Assembly: GCA_963753345.1 (NCBI GenBank)
Contig: CAVWBU010000031.1
Span: forward strand, 1 to 64,000
Reading direction: 5' to 3'
Source of the DNA: an uncultured Fibrobacterota bacterium
GTDB taxonomy: Bacteria > Fibrobacterota > Chitinivibrionia > Chitinivibrionales > FEN-1185
Length of the DNA stretch: 64,000 bases
The notes below the pieces were generated by a model. That model had not been told where the DNA came from and made no database searches. It was given only the letters and a program-made list of their open reading frames with translations. Position 1 is the stretch's first letter; each line of letters opens with the position of its first letter. Shown in pieces: positions 52,476 through 63,631 of this stretch. A program made the position numbers and the translations under genes.

Positions 52476-53303
52476 ATGACCACCACACCCCAAACCATCA
52501 TCCGCCCGTCGTCGAAGATCGGTTTCTTTGACGTACGGGAAATATGGCGGTATCGCGAGCTGCTGTACATGCTCGCGGTGCGGGACATCCAGCTTCGCTA
52601 CAAGCAGACCGCGTTCGGCGTGGTGTGGGCCGTTCTGCAGCCGCTGCTCCCTGCGATTATCTTTGCCGTTATTTTCGGCATGTTCGCCAAGCTCCCCAGC
52701 AACGGCAGCCCGTACCTGCTCTTTGTCTTTACCGGCACCATGATCTGGAACCTTTTTTCCCAGTCCATTTCCAGGGCGGGCAACAGCCTTGTGGGCAATG
52801 CCGCCCTTATTTCCAAGGTGTATTTCCCGAGAATGGTTGTTCCTCTGTCAAGCATCGGCGCGGTCATCTTCGATTTTCTCATCACCGCGGTCCTCCTGGT
52901 TGCATTCATGGTCCTGTATAAGACGCCTCCCACCATGAACCTGGTTTTCTTTCCGCTTTTCATTCTGCTCGCGCTCGTGACGGCGGTCGGCATAAGCCTG
53001 TGGCTTTCGGCCCTCAATGTAAAGTACCGGGACTTCATGTACGCCATGCCGTTCCTTGTGCAAGTATGGCTCTATGCAACGCCGGTGGTCTACGCGTCGA
53101 GCCTCGTTCCGCAAAAATTCCGATGGATCTACAGCATCAATCCGGCCGTTGGATTTGTTGAAGGGTTCCGCTGGTCGGTGCTGGGCAAAGGCACGCTCAC
53201 CCCCGCAATGCTCATTATTTCGTCAAGCATCGCGATTGTGGCGCTGGTTTCGGGCCTTATTTATTTCAAAAGCACGGAGCGGAATTTTGCGGATGTCATA
53301 TAA
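52476..53303 (+). CDS. wzm: Polysaccharide ABC transporter permease
   Basis: YRELL..LA.RDI..RYKQT, KVYFPR, YATPVVY, INP, ERNFADVI. Confidence 0.93.
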   Translation: MTTTPQTIIRPSSKIGFFDVREIWRYRELLYMLAVRDIQLRYKQTAFGVVWAVLQPLLPAIIFAVIFGMFAKLPSNGSPYLLFVFTGTMIWNLFSQSISRAGNSLVGNAALISKVYFPRMVVPLSSIGAVIFDFLITAVLLVAFMVLYKTPPTMNLVFFPLFILLALVTAVGISLWLSALNVKYRDFMYAMPFLVQVWLYATPVVYASSLVPQKFRWIYSINPAVGFVEGFRWSVLGKGTLTPAMLIISSSIAIVALVSGLIYFKSTERNFADVI

Positions 53304-53415
53304 AAAAGTAACAAAGTAACAAAGTGACAAAGTGAAAAAGAGGCAAAGTTACAGAGTGAAAAAGTGACAAAGTGACAAAGTGAAAAAGAGACAAAGTGAC
53401 AGAGTTACAAAGTAT
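53304..53415 (+). repeat. 8-mer tandem array (AAAGTGAC/AAAGTAAC)
   Basis: Purine-rich array filling the wzm-wzt spacer. Confidence 0.8.
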
Positions 53416-53439
53416 AAAAACGTGAACGCATAGGACACA

Positions 53440-54724
53440 ATGAACGATTTTGCCATCCGCGCGGAAAAACTGTCCAAATCCTATCAGATCCGGCATGCCG
53501 GCGCCAAGCCTGCGTATCAAACCCTGCAGGAGAGCCTTCTTTCCCTGCCCAAAAGGATCCTTGGCAGAAAGGAAACTGTCGAGACGTTCTGGGCGCTCAA
53601 GGACGTTTCATTTGAAATAAAGCAGGGAGAGCGGGTCGGCATCATCGGCAGGAACGGCGCGGGCAAATCCACCCTGCTCAAATTGCTCAGCAAAATAACC
53701 GAGCCGACCTCGGGCCAGGCGATCATAAATGGGCCGAGTGGCAAGTTTGCTTGAAGTGGGCACCGGCTTTCATCCTGAATTAACAGGCCGCGAAAACATT
53801 TTCATGAATGGCGCAATTCTGGGAATGACAAGGGCGGAAATAAAAAAGAAATTCGATGAAATCGTGGCGTTCGCGGAAGTGGAAAGATTCGTCGACACGC
53901 CGGTAAAACGGTATTCGAGCGGGATGTACGTGCGGCTGGCGTTTGCGGTGGCGGCGCATCTGGAGCCGGAAATATTACTGGTTGACGAGGTGCTGGCAGT
54001 GGGGGATGCGCAGTTTCAGAAGAAATGTTTGGGGAAGATGGAAGACGTAAGCAAGAAGGAAGGAAGAACCGTGCTTTTTGTGAGCCATAATATGGCCGCC
54101 GTGAGCCAGATTTGCACCAAAGGAATAGTTCTGAGCAGCGGGACGGTCCATTTTAGCGGATCTCAGGAACATGCGATCCAAGATTATTCAAAGAGTAACC
54201 AAACCGTAACTGCCAGCCTCAGAAATAGAACGGACCGAAAAGGATCAGGCGAAATACGTATTACCGGGATAGACATACTTGATGAAAATCGAGAGAAAAT
54301 TGACTATATTAAATCGGGCCAGAATATTCAAATCGTTTTTCATTATGAAACATCCGGCAGAAAAACTTTTTCAAACGTACTGATGAGTTTTCTCATAAAA
54401 ACGCCAGTAGGCGTGTCTGTTTTTTTGCAACACAACAGGTTAACAAATTTTGATTTTGGTGAATTACCCGAAAGAGGATCCTTCGTTTGCAGAATTCCGC
54501 ACTTGCCCTTGCCGCCATCGGTATACAATTTGATTTACACCATTCTGCCTGCTTATGGATCGCAGGAGGACTATTATGACTCAATGGACAATGCAATCTC
54601 ACTAAACGTCATTAGTGGGGACTATTTTAAGACGGGAGAAGTTCCTCCAAGCACCCATGGCGTCTGCTTGGTAGACGCAACATGGGAACTCGCAAAAGAT
54701 ATTCAAGAGAAAACCATAGCATGA
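53440..54724 (+). CDS. wzt: Polysaccharide ABC ATPase with Wzt-C domain; +1 frameshift near 53732
   Basis: [40 protein letters not shown]; frames join if one G is removed from AATGGGCCGA. Confidence 0.9.
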
Positions 54725-55473
54725 ACTCAATGGCCAAAATAGTCAGACGCGCGCTTGTCCGCGCTTTCCGTTTTTTCAACCCTTCTCACTACTGCGACCC
54801 CGGTTATGTCGAGAAGAAAGAATACATTTTCTATGTTAATTTCCTTAAAGACAAGATGACTGTTTTTGACATTGGCGCCAATATTGGGGAGCTTTCGTTA
54901 TTGTTTTCCAAATTTATTTCGCCAAACGGTGTCTTGCACTGCTTTGAGCCGACCCCGCAAACATTTGACAAATTGAAATCCACAGTAACTCTGGCAAACC
55001 GGGCAAACGTTATCCTCAATAACATCGCCGTTTCGAATGAAATAGGCGAAATAACGTTCAATGTTTATGACGACAAGCACAGTACCTTCAATACGATTGC
55101 CAACCGGCCGCTCGAAAAATACGGCATTCAGGATGTGCATTCAAAAAAGACGACAGTAATGGCGACGACTATTGATAATTATTGCGGGAAAAACAAAATC
55201 GACCAGATCGACCTTCTTAAAATAGATGTGGAAGGGGCCGAATATCAGGTCCTGCTTGGTGGAAAGAAGATGTTTTTGGAAAAAAGAATCAAATGCTGCA
55301 TATTTGAGTTTGGACAAACAATTTACGATATGGGAAACAAACCCCAGGACCTCATTCGGTTTTTTGATGAAGTTGGCTATACGCTCAGGAACATAGTCAA
55401 AAATGCTCCATTATTCCCGCACGACAGAAACAAGATCGCCCTATTCTCGATGCTTCATGCAATGCCACAATAA
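54721..55473 (+). CDS. FkbM-family methyltransferase
   Basis: [20 protein letters not shown]. Confidence 0.9.
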   Translation: MNSMAKIVRRALVRAFRFFNPSHYCDPGYVEKKEYIFYVNFLKDKMTVFDIGANIGELSLLFSKFISPNGVLHCFEPTPQTFDKLKSTVTLANRANVILNNIAVSNEIGEITFNVYDDKHSTFNTIANRPLEKYGIQDVHSKKTTVMATTIDNYCGKNKIDQIDLLKIDVEGAEYQVLLGGKKMFLEKRIKCCIFEFGQTIYDMGNKPQDLIRFFDEVGYTLRNIVKNAPLFPHDRNKIALFSMLHAMPQ

Positions 55474-55475
55474 AA

Positions 55476-56099
55476 ATGTCAAACAATCCATTCGTTAGGC
55501 TAATCAAAGGAATCCGGAGGCGCTACAAGAAGTATGCAAGCGACAGAGAGCGGCTTTCCACCTTTTATAAACAACTCAAACATTACAATTTTATTGCCGA
55601 TGCAGAACACCGTGCCGAGAGGCGGTATCTCTATCCCTGTCTCTATGATTCCACTCAAGAAACCGAAATCGAGCCCATATATTTTTATCAGGACGTATGG
55701 GCCTTTGAGCGCATTTTCAATAATAGACCTGCGACGCACGTTGATATCGGATCACATCACAAGTTTGTTGCATTTTTGTCCAAGATAACAAAACTAACCA
55801 TGATCGATGTCAGGCCACTTTCCCTCAAGTTAGATTCCATTAATTTTACTGAAGGCACCATATTGGATCTTCCTTTTAAAGACAATAGCATTGAATCCAT
55901 CTCAAGTTTATGTGTGATTGAACACATAGGTTTGGGCAGATATGGAGATCCGCTGGATCCGTTAGGCTCAGAGAAGGCTATCTCTGAAATCACGAGAGTT
56001 CTAGGGAAAGATGCTCATCTTTATTTATCTGCACCTGTGAGTGATAAGATTTCCGTTTATTTTAATGCAGGCAGAATATTTGCTTGGAGTACCTTATGA
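55476..56099 (+). CDS. DUF268-type SAM-dependent methyltransferase-like protein (C-terminus possibly frameshifted)
   Basis: HVDIGS, SLCVIEHIGLGRYGDPLDP, FNAGRIF. Confidence 0.8.
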   Translation: MSNNPFVRLIKGIRRRYKKYASDRERLSTFYKQLKHYNFIADAEHRAERRYLYPCLYDSTQETEIEPIYFYQDVWAFERIFNNRPATHVDIGSHHKFVAFLSKITKLTMIDVRPLSLKLDSINFTEGTILDLPFKDNSIESISSLCVIEHIGLGRYGDPLDPLGSEKAISEITRVLGKDAHLYLSAPVSDKISVYFNAGRIFAWSTL

Positions 56100-56221
56100 A
56101 GTTGCTAAAGGATTACAAATAGCCAGAAAAGATTTTATCGTCAACAAAAGCCTAACGGATATTTTTGCACCTAATGATTATTTTCAAACAACTATCCTGC
56201 TGGATTTAGTAAAGAATTGAC

Positions 56222-57032
56222 ATGAATGTCGAACTAGAAATACTGTCGAAAATTCCTCTATTACTCCATGCTTATGACCGTAAGAGGAAAGGTGTTGCTA
56301 TTGACATCGGCGTCGGCACGGGAAATTTTCATTGTGAAGCATTTAGACGCGCCGGATACAAGTCATACGCGGTTGAGCCGCTGCCGTCGCAACGATTAAA
56401 AGGCATATGCAAGAAACTGAGGATAAATCTGTATGAATCCTGTATCTGTGATTTTGATGGAACAGTAGATATCTTTTCAGGCCGCTTTAATGGTAATGAT
56501 TGCAGTGACGTGTCTTCGATTAAGAGAGATTGGTGGGGGATTGATGACAAAAGCAGGAAGATCAGCGTAAGGGCCACCACGCTCACAGAATTATTGCACA
56601 GGTTCGAAATCAAGAAAATCACCTACATGAAAATTGATACTGAAGGCTCCGAAAAGGACATTATCAAGCAATTTGTCAACCTACAAAAGAGTGAACTTCC
56701 TGAAATAGTGGAATTTGAATATGGAGGCGGCGCAAGCAAAAAAGAAAACAAGGCGGGCTGGTCGCAGGAATATTTTTCCCAGACGCTGAATGCATAAATA
56801 TTTTGAAATCGCTCGGCTACTCGTATGCCGTTTTGTTCGAAGGGGACTGCCGGGGCCGGTTGAGTTCAATTTGCCAGGGGAAGCGTGCTTGGAATTCAAG
56901 GATGAGTTTGTCTACGGGGATATGGTTTTTTTTAAAGACAAGAAAATTGATATGGCCACGTTGCTAAACTACCAAAAACCTCCAACTATTGGTGAAAGAA
57001 CAAGAACACTGGTCAAACGATTCCTGAAATGA
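56222..57032 (+). CDS. FkbM-family methyltransferase, probably split by a frameshift near 56790
   Basis: IDIGVG, AVEP, MKIDTEGSE; ORFs 56222-56797 and 56790-57032 overlap. Confidence 0.7.
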
Positions 57033-57876
57033 TCGCAATAAAATTACAAGGCAGGCTTGGAAATCAAATGTTCCAGTATGCCTTTGCAGAATATGTTTCC
57101 AGCAAATTTTCCGTGTCTTTTTTCTTTGACGCCACGACGTATTCCTTTCTATTGCCCAGGTATTTCAAAGTAAAAAAGCTTCCAACCCTGCTCACCGGAA
57201 TATACAGTAATAAGTTGTTTCGTTATGGGAGAAAATTGGTTAATAGACATTTTATAAGGAATCGGGCTGTGCAGGTGGGAAAAAACGATCCACAGGAATT
57301 ATTGCGCACTTTAAGCAACTGGACACGCTATGAGATTTATTGCCAATCATATGATTGCTTTAGGTCAGTGGAGAATTCAATAAGAAATACATTCCAAATA
57401 AAGAAGGAATATGTAAGACAGTTCAAGGGTAAGTATCAGACTTTGTTTGAGAAGAGTAAAACTATTGTTGCTCATTTTCGAGGAGGTGATTACTTTGATT
57501 GGGGTGACGACAATTTAGGAGGAAAAAACCCTACTTTGCCTTTATCATTCTATGCAAATTGCTTCAATAAGATAGAAAACATCGGACAATATCAAATCAT
57601 CTTTGTGAGCGATTCAATTTCGTATGTTAAAAGGTATTTCGGTGAAAACAATAACTGTCAATACGAATCAAATTCTGAAATAGTAGATTTCCAAATTTTA
57701 CTGAACGCCGATATTGTAATTGCTTCCAACAGCAGTTTTGCCTGGTGGGGGGCCTTCTTGAATCTGAAAAGGGCTCAGGTGTATGCACCTGAATATTGGT
57801 TCAGTCAAAAATAAAGAAGGAATATCCTGTAGGAATTTTAAGGAACCTCAATTGGAATATTATACCGGTTGAATAA
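57029..57876 (+). CDS. GT11 alpha-1,2-fucosyltransferase; probable frameshift near 57810
   Basis: GRLGNQMFQYA, HFRGGDY, SNSSFAWWGA; the ORF stops at 57814 and a plausible tail ends at 57876. Confidence 0.85.
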
Positions 57877-57903
57877 TCGAATAGCTAAGTTCAGCCAAAC
57901 GGA

Positions 57904-58865
57904 ATGAATACGATGATTGACAATGCACTTGCCCCTATAGTCCTTTTCGTTTACAATCGCCCGCCATTAACCTTACAAACACTTAAAGCGTTAAGTGAAA
58001 ATGAATTTGCAGACAAGTCTGAATTGTTTATATATGCTGATGGCCCCAAACAAGATGCTGACGTAAATGAAATTACAAAAGTCAGAGACGTTAGAGATGT
58101 AATTCGGAAAAAAAATGGTGTAGCAAGGTTTCAATTATTGAAGCTCCAAAGAACAATGGTCTTGCCCGTTCTGTAATAACTGGAGTATCCGAAGTGGTGA
58201 ACCGTTTTGGGAAGGTCATAGTTCTGGAAGATGATCTTGTTACATCAAAATGGTTCTTGAGATATATGAATGAGGCTCTCGATCTTTATGACCAGGAAGA
58301 AGAAGTCATTAGCGTAACGGCATACATTTATCCTGTAAGAAAGCGGTTGCCTGAGACATTCTTTGTCAAGCTTGCTGATTGTTGGGGGTGGGGAACCTGG
58401 AAACGCGGTTGGAATCTATTTAATGAAAATGGACAGTATCTTCTTCAAACAATATTAGGTAACCGTCTCGGGAAGGAATTTGATTTTTCAGGAGCATACC
58501 CTTATACGCAAATGCTGAAAGACCAGATAGCAAGAAGAAATGACTCTTGGGCTATTTTGTGGTACGCATCAGCTTTTGTTCAAAATAGACTTACTTTATA
58601 TCCTGGGACTTCACTAGTGAAAAACATCGGTCTTGATGGATCGGGAGCCAATTGTGGAAAGTCCGACAAGTTTAATGTTTCCCTTGCCCAACGTTCAATT
58701 GAAATAAAGAAAATACCCGTGAGTGAGAACATTGAAGCCAAAGCTAACATAATCCGCTATTTCAGGGATCTAACCAAGCCGCCATCACTGGTAAGAATGG
58801 CTCTTTCGAAACTATTTAAAGCGTTCTGCTCAATTTCCTTAATAAAAAAGATCATCCCATGCTGA
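57904..58865 (+). CDS. GT2-like glycosyltransferase, frameshifted in an A8 tract (58108-58115)
   Basis: APIVLFVYNR, IYADG; A9 restores NNGLARSVITGV..VIVLEDDL, CWGWGTW. Confidence 0.85.
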
Positions 58866-59677
58866 GAAAATTAATATCTACGATCTTGCCTGAAATTATA
58901 AAAAAGCCTTTAAGACAAGTAATGAAAAAGTCAATGTGGAGGAATACCGTTTCAAACAATATTGAATTCGTCGGAAACTACGCAACTTGGGATGAAGCGT
59001 GCGCGAACTCGATCGGTTATGACTCAGAGCTTATACTTAATAAGACAAAAGAAGCCCTGCTTAAAGTAAAGCGAGGTGAAGTGGTCTACGAGCGTGATTC
59101 CGTTATTTTCGATAGAATCGAATATTCATGGCCGCTGCTCGCCGGTTTGCTCTGGGCCGCCTCACGGCATAATAACGTGCTTAATGTCGCCGATTTTGGC
59201 GGATCTCTCGGAAGCACCTATTTTCAATGCAGGGCATTTTTTGACAATATGCGGGAAGTAAAATGGAACATTATCGAACAGGCGCATGTAGTTAAATGTG
59301 GTAAGGAGAATTTTGAAGATGGTGTAATCAAATTTTATTATGACATCGAATCCTGCTGGAAAGAACAGAGGCCTCATACGCTGTTGCTGTCCAGTGTTCT
59401 TCCATATTTAGAGAAACCGTATGAATTTATTGAACAGATCACACGCATAGGCTTTGAAACCATCATTATTGATAGAACACTGTTCAATGCGGGAGCCGGT
59501 GACAGGCTCACGGTGGAAAAAGTGCCTGAACATATCTATCCCGCAAGCTATCCCTGCTGGTTTTTCGATAAGCAGAAGTTCTTGTCAATGTTTGCGGAGA
59601 AGTACATTCTGTTATCTGAATTCCCCGGTTTTTTAGCAGGAAATGGTTTTATCTTCAGAATCAAGGGAACATATTAA
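58859..59677 (+). CDS. Putative methyltransferase (TIGR04325-like)
   Basis: YERDSV.FD, DFGGSLGSTY, W.IIEQ, Y.ASYPCW. Confidence 0.8.
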   Translation: MLRKLISTILPEIIKKPLRQVMKKSMWRNTVSNNIEFVGNYATWDEACANSIGYDSELILNKTKEALLKVKRGEVVYERDSVIFDRIEYSWPLLAGLLWAASRHNNVLNVADFGGSLGSTYFQCRAFFDNMREVKWNIIEQAHVVKCGKENFEDGVIKFYYDIESCWKEQRPHTLLLSSVLPYLEKPYEFIEQITRIGFETIIIDRTLFNAGAGDRLTVEKVPEHIYPASYPCWFFDKQKFLSMFAEKYILLSEFPGFLAGNGFIFRIKGTY

Positions 59678-59685
59678 GGAAAAAA

Positions 59686-60447
59686 GTGAACTTTGTTCGC
59701 CCATTACTAAGAAGCTTGCTCAACCCGGTTCTATCAATTGTCCGCAAGAATGACTTTTGTCCGGGCATGATAGGTGTGCTGGTTAACCCCTTTTATTTCG
59801 CAAGAAAAGGACTTTATGAACAGATAAAATCGCTATCACATTATGTGAAGGGTAAAATCCTCGATGTAGGATGCGGCACTAAACCATATAGAAGCCTCTT
59901 TAAAATAAAAGAATATATAGGGTTGGAATTACAGAAAGAGTCGGAAAAAAAATCAATTTGGGCTGACTACGTTTATGACGGAAGCAGGTTCCCTTTCGAT
60001 AATGCTTCATTTGATTCTGTTGTCTTGTTCGAGGTTTTCGAGCACGTTTTCAATCCTATGCGGTTTATTTCCGAGATTAGGAGAGTACTTATTAAGGGAG
60101 GGTATGTTCTCATGACAGTTCCATTCGTGTGGGACGAACATGAACAGCCGTATGATTTTGCCCGCTATTCTTCTTTCGGGTTACGGTCTGTCCTTGTAGA
60201 GAATGGTTTTAGAATAATAGAGCAAAGGAAAAGTGTTAATGATATAAGGGTGATTTTTCAATTGATTAATGCTTACTTGTACAAAATCACAATAACGAAA
60301 AACGCTTATGTAAATATAGTATTGACATTATTCTTGATTGCACCCTGGAACATTTTGGGAACTTTGGTTGGTCGCATTTTGCCAAAAAATAACGATTTAT
60401 TTCTCGATAATGTCGTCGTAGCGCAAAAGGACGATGCTTATGAATGA
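59686..60447 (+). CDS. Class I SAM-dependent methyltransferase
   Basis: LDVGCG.KPY, EVFEHV, EHEQPYDFARY. Confidence 0.88.
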   Translation: MNFVRPLLRSLLNPVLSIVRKNDFCPGMIGVLVNPFYFARKGLYEQIKSLSHYVKGKILDVGCGTKPYRSLFKIKEYIGLELQKESEKKSIWADYVYDGSRFPFDNASFDSVVLFEVFEHVFNPMRFISEIRRVLIKGGYVLMTVPFVWDEHEQPYDFARYSSFGLRSVLVENGFRIIEQRKSVNDIRVIFQLINAYLYKITITKNAYVNIVLTLFLIAPWNILGTLVGRILPKNNDLFLDNVVVAQKDDAYE

Positions 60448-61438
60448 CGAGCTTATTAAAAAGACATTTCAGAACAGAAAATGCCTCATTACCGGTGGCC
60501 TTGGTTTCATCGGTTCAAATTTGGCCAGAAAACTTGTCGAATGGGGAGCGAACGTTACTGTTATAGACAGTCTGATCCCGGAATATGGGGGAAACCTGTA
60601 TAATGTTAATGGCATTGAGAAGAAACTTAAGATTAACATTTCCGATATCCGCGATGAATTCAGCATGAAATATCTAGTGCAGAACCAGGAATACCTTTTC
60701 AGCCTTGCGGGACAGACAAGCCACATGGATTCAATGGCTGATCCGCAGACCGATCTGGAGATCAATGCCAAGGCCCAGTTATTCATTCTTGAAGCGTGCC
60801 GGAAATTTAATCCGACTATAAAGATTGTTTTTGCAAGCACTCGCCAGATTTACGGCAAACCGGATTACCTTCCTGTTGACGAAAAACATCCTGTTCGTCC
60901 CGTGGATATCAACGGTGTCAATAAAGTTGCGGGAGAATGGTACCATTCTCTTTATACCAAGGTTTACGGTTTGAAGACCACGGCTCTCAGATTGACTAAT
61001 ACAATCGGGCCAAGAATGAGGATTAAGGATGCTCGCCAGACATTTCTTGGTGTTTGGATACGGCAGATACTGGAGGGGAAAGAAATTGAAGTCTGGGGCG
61101 GTGATCAATTGCGTGATTATACCTATGTCGAGGACGCCGTTGACGCTTTTATATTGGCAGCAGCCAGCGATTCCTCGAATAACAAGGTTTTTAATCTTGG
61201 GGGGAACGGGGCTATTTCATTAAAAGATACCGCGGAACAACTTATCCAGGTTGCCGGGAAGGGCAGGTATAGTATTAAAGAATATCCTCCTGAAAGGAAA
61301 AAAATTGATATCGGCGATTTCTATTCAGACTGTGCCTTGATTGAAAAAGAGCTTGGCTGGAAACCTGTAACTTCTATAAGAACCGCCTTGAGAAAAACCA
61401 TTGAATATTTCGCTGAGAATTTCAAGCATTATTTATAA
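60434..61438 (+). CDS. NAD-dependent epimerase/dehydratase
   Basis: TGGLGFIGS, STRQIYG, QLRDYTYVED. Confidence 0.92.
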   Translation: MLMNDELIKKTFQNRKCLITGGLGFIGSNLARKLVEWGANVTVIDSLIPEYGGNLYNVNGIEKKLKINISDIRDEFSMKYLVQNQEYLFSLAGQTSHMDSMADPQTDLEINAKAQLFILEACRKFNPTIKIVFASTRQIYGKPDYLPVDEKHPVRPVDINGVNKVAGEWYHSLYTKVYGLKTTALRLTNTIGPRMRIKDARQTFLGVWIRQILEGKEIEVWGGDQLRDYTYVEDAVDAFILAAASDSSNNKVFNLGGNGAISLKDTAEQLIQVAGKGRYSIKEYPPERKKIDIGDFYSDCALIEKELGWKPVTSIRTALRKTIEYFAENFKHYL

Positions 61439-62551
61439 TTGGAGATTTTGGTGAAGATTCCCCAGTGCAATCCTCTTGCAAGCTATTTAAGCCAAAAGGA
61501 AGATATTAATGAAGCAATTTCAAATGTCTTCAATAAGGGTATTTTTATTTTAGGAGAAGAGGTCGCAAATTTTGAAAATGAATTCGCTCATTATACAGGC
61601 GTAAAATATGGAGTGGGAGTAGGAAGCGGCACCGAAGCCCTACATATTGCATTGCGGGCCTGCGGGATCGGCCCTGGTGACGAGGTAATTACGGTTTCGC
61701 ATACTGCGGTGGCAACTATTGCAGCTATTGAACTCTCTGGTGCCATACCTGTTCTTGTTGACATCAGACTAGATAGTTATACAATTGATACGGACCAACT
61801 AACAAAAGCAATTACCAAGAAGACAAAAGCAATAATACCGGTGCACCTGTACGGACTTCCGGCGGATATTGAAGAAATAATGAGCATAGCAAATCGGTTC
61901 GGTTTACATGTAATAGAAGACTGCGCCCAGGCGCATGGGGCAATGTATAAAGACATTCGAGCGGGTGCGTGGGGCCATATCGGAGCGTTCAGCTTTTATC
62001 CGACTAAAAATCTCGGCGCCTTTGGTGACGGAGGCGCCATAGTGACGAACGATGAAAAAATGGCTCAAAAATGCCGCTCATTGAGAGAGTATGGGTGGCA
62101 TGAAAGGTACATAAGTTCAGAAAAGGGCTGGAACACACGTCTTGACGAATTGCAGGCGGCGATATTACGGGTAAAACTTCAATCACTTGATAACGGAAAT
62201 AATAGAAGACGTGAAATCGCAAATAAATACAACCAGAACCTACGAAATACCGGAACTATTATTCCAACTGAAAATCAAGATAAGTACCATGTTTATCATC
62301 AGTACGTTATACGTCACACAGAACGTGATCGTCTTCGACGGCATTTGATTAGCAAAGATATTGGAACATTAATTCATTATCCGGTCCCTATACATATGCA
62401 GCCTGCATATATAAATAAAATTAAATGCCCGTTTCCTCTTACCGTGACGGAAATCGTTAAGAATGAAATTCTCAGTTTGCCGATGTTCCCTGATCTTACT
62501 TTCGCGCAGGTCGATTACATAGTGTCTGCTATTTTGGAATTCAAGGAATAG
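61439..62551 (+). CDS. DegT/DnrJ/EryC1/StrS aminotransferase
   Basis: SGTEAL, PVHLYG, EDCAQAHG, SFYPTKNLG. Confidence 0.94.
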   Translation: MEILVKIPQCNPLASYLSQKEDINEAISNVFNKGIFILGEEVANFENEFAHYTGVKYGVGVGSGTEALHIALRACGIGPGDEVITVSHTAVATIAAIELSGAIPVLVDIRLDSYTIDTDQLTKAITKKTKAIIPVHLYGLPADIEEIMSIANRFGLHVIEDCAQAHGAMYKDIRAGAWGHIGAFSFYPTKNLGAFGDGGAIVTNDEKMAQKCRSLREYGWHERYISSEKGWNTRLDELQAAILRVKLQSLDNGNNRRREIANKYNQNLRNTGTIIPTENQDKYHVYHQYVIRHTERDRLRRHLISKDIGTLIHYPVPIHMQPAYINKIKCPFPLTVTEIVKNEILSLPMFPDLTFAQVDYIVSAILEFKE

Positions 62552-62557
62552 AACAAG

Positions 62558-63541
62558 ATGTATTATTTCTGTACCTATTTTGATTCAAACTATTTAACTA
62601 GGGGCTTGGCGCTGCACGAGTCACTGTGCAAGCATGCTAACCCGTTTCATCTATGGATACTTTGTCTCGATGACGTATCATTTGATTTCCTTTCAAAGCG
62701 CAAGTTATTGAATGTAAGCCTCATTCAGCTTTCTGATATAGAGAATTGGGATGCCCGCCTCCGTGACGCTAAGAATAATAGGTCCAAGATTGAATATTAC
62801 TTTACCTTAAGTCCATTTTTCCCCTCATACGTTCTTAAGACCAATTCGCAGGTTGATCTTGTCACCTATCTGGATGCTGATCTTTATTTTTATTCTGATG
62901 TAGGTCCTATATTCAAAGAATTGGGCAACAATTCAATTCTAATAATCGGGCACAAATTTTCAGCAAAGAATTTATATCATGAAAAATATGGGTCATATAA
63001 TGTTGGTTTTCTTTCTTTCAGGCGAGATGTGCAAGGAGAACAATGTCTGGCGTCGTGGCAGGGAAAATGTTTGGAATGGTGTTCAAATCGTTCGGAAGGA
63101 GACAGGTTTGCAGACCAGAAATATTTAGACAAATGGCCCCAGCAATTCAAGAATGTAATCGTGTTGCAAAACAAGGGAGCAAACGTTGCTCCGTGGAATC
63201 TTGACAATTATAAGGTCCGGCATATAAATGGCAAAATATACATTGATGATTCGCCATTGATTTTTTACCATTTTCACGATCTTTACCGCCTTCACGCCTC
63301 GTTTTATCTTACAGGGTTGCAGAAATATTACACGCGTTTGAACAAAACCGTAGCTAACTTTCTATACATTCCGTACATTAAAAAAATAAACGGATTCGGA
63401 ATTGAAACGCCGGTAAGAGAAATTAAAATCGCAAAAACAGCAAACATTATTAAATATGCCATGCAAAACCTTAGGATTTATAAGTTTCTAAGGAATATTA
63501 GATGGTATTTAAAAGGTCAAGGTATGTTTGTGAAACGATAA
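62558..63541 (+). CDS. Putative glycosyltransferase
   Basis: FCTYFD.NYL.RGL, YLDADL.F, YNVG, DQKYLD, APWN, FYHFH. Confidence 0.8.
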   Translation: MYYFCTYFDSNYLTRGLALHESLCKHANPFHLWILCLDDVSFDFLSKRKLLNVSLIQLSDIENWDARLRDAKNNRSKIEYYFTLSPFFPSYVLKTNSQVDLVTYLDADLYFYSDVGPIFKELGNNSILIIGHKFSAKNLYHEKYGSYNVGFLSFRRDVQGEQCLASWQGKCLEWCSNRSEGDRFADQKYLDKWPQQFKNVIVLQNKGANVAPWNLDNYKVRHINGKIYIDDSPLIFYHFHDLYRLHASFYLTGLQKYYTRLNKTVANFLYIPYIKKINGFGIETPVREIKIAKTANIIKYAMQNLRIYKFLRNIRWYLKGQGMFVKR

Positions 63542-63631
63542 TATTCATCAATCTCATTGAAATCCCTTGCGGCAGTTGAACAAGTCGAGGCGAGAGTCGC
63601 ACACTTGGGATAACGTGCTACGGAGCAAAAT

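Noticed and set aside
42701-53415. CRISPR array
   Set aside because: Repeats are long, divergent and separated by genes, or are 7-8-mers without spacers; no cas genes
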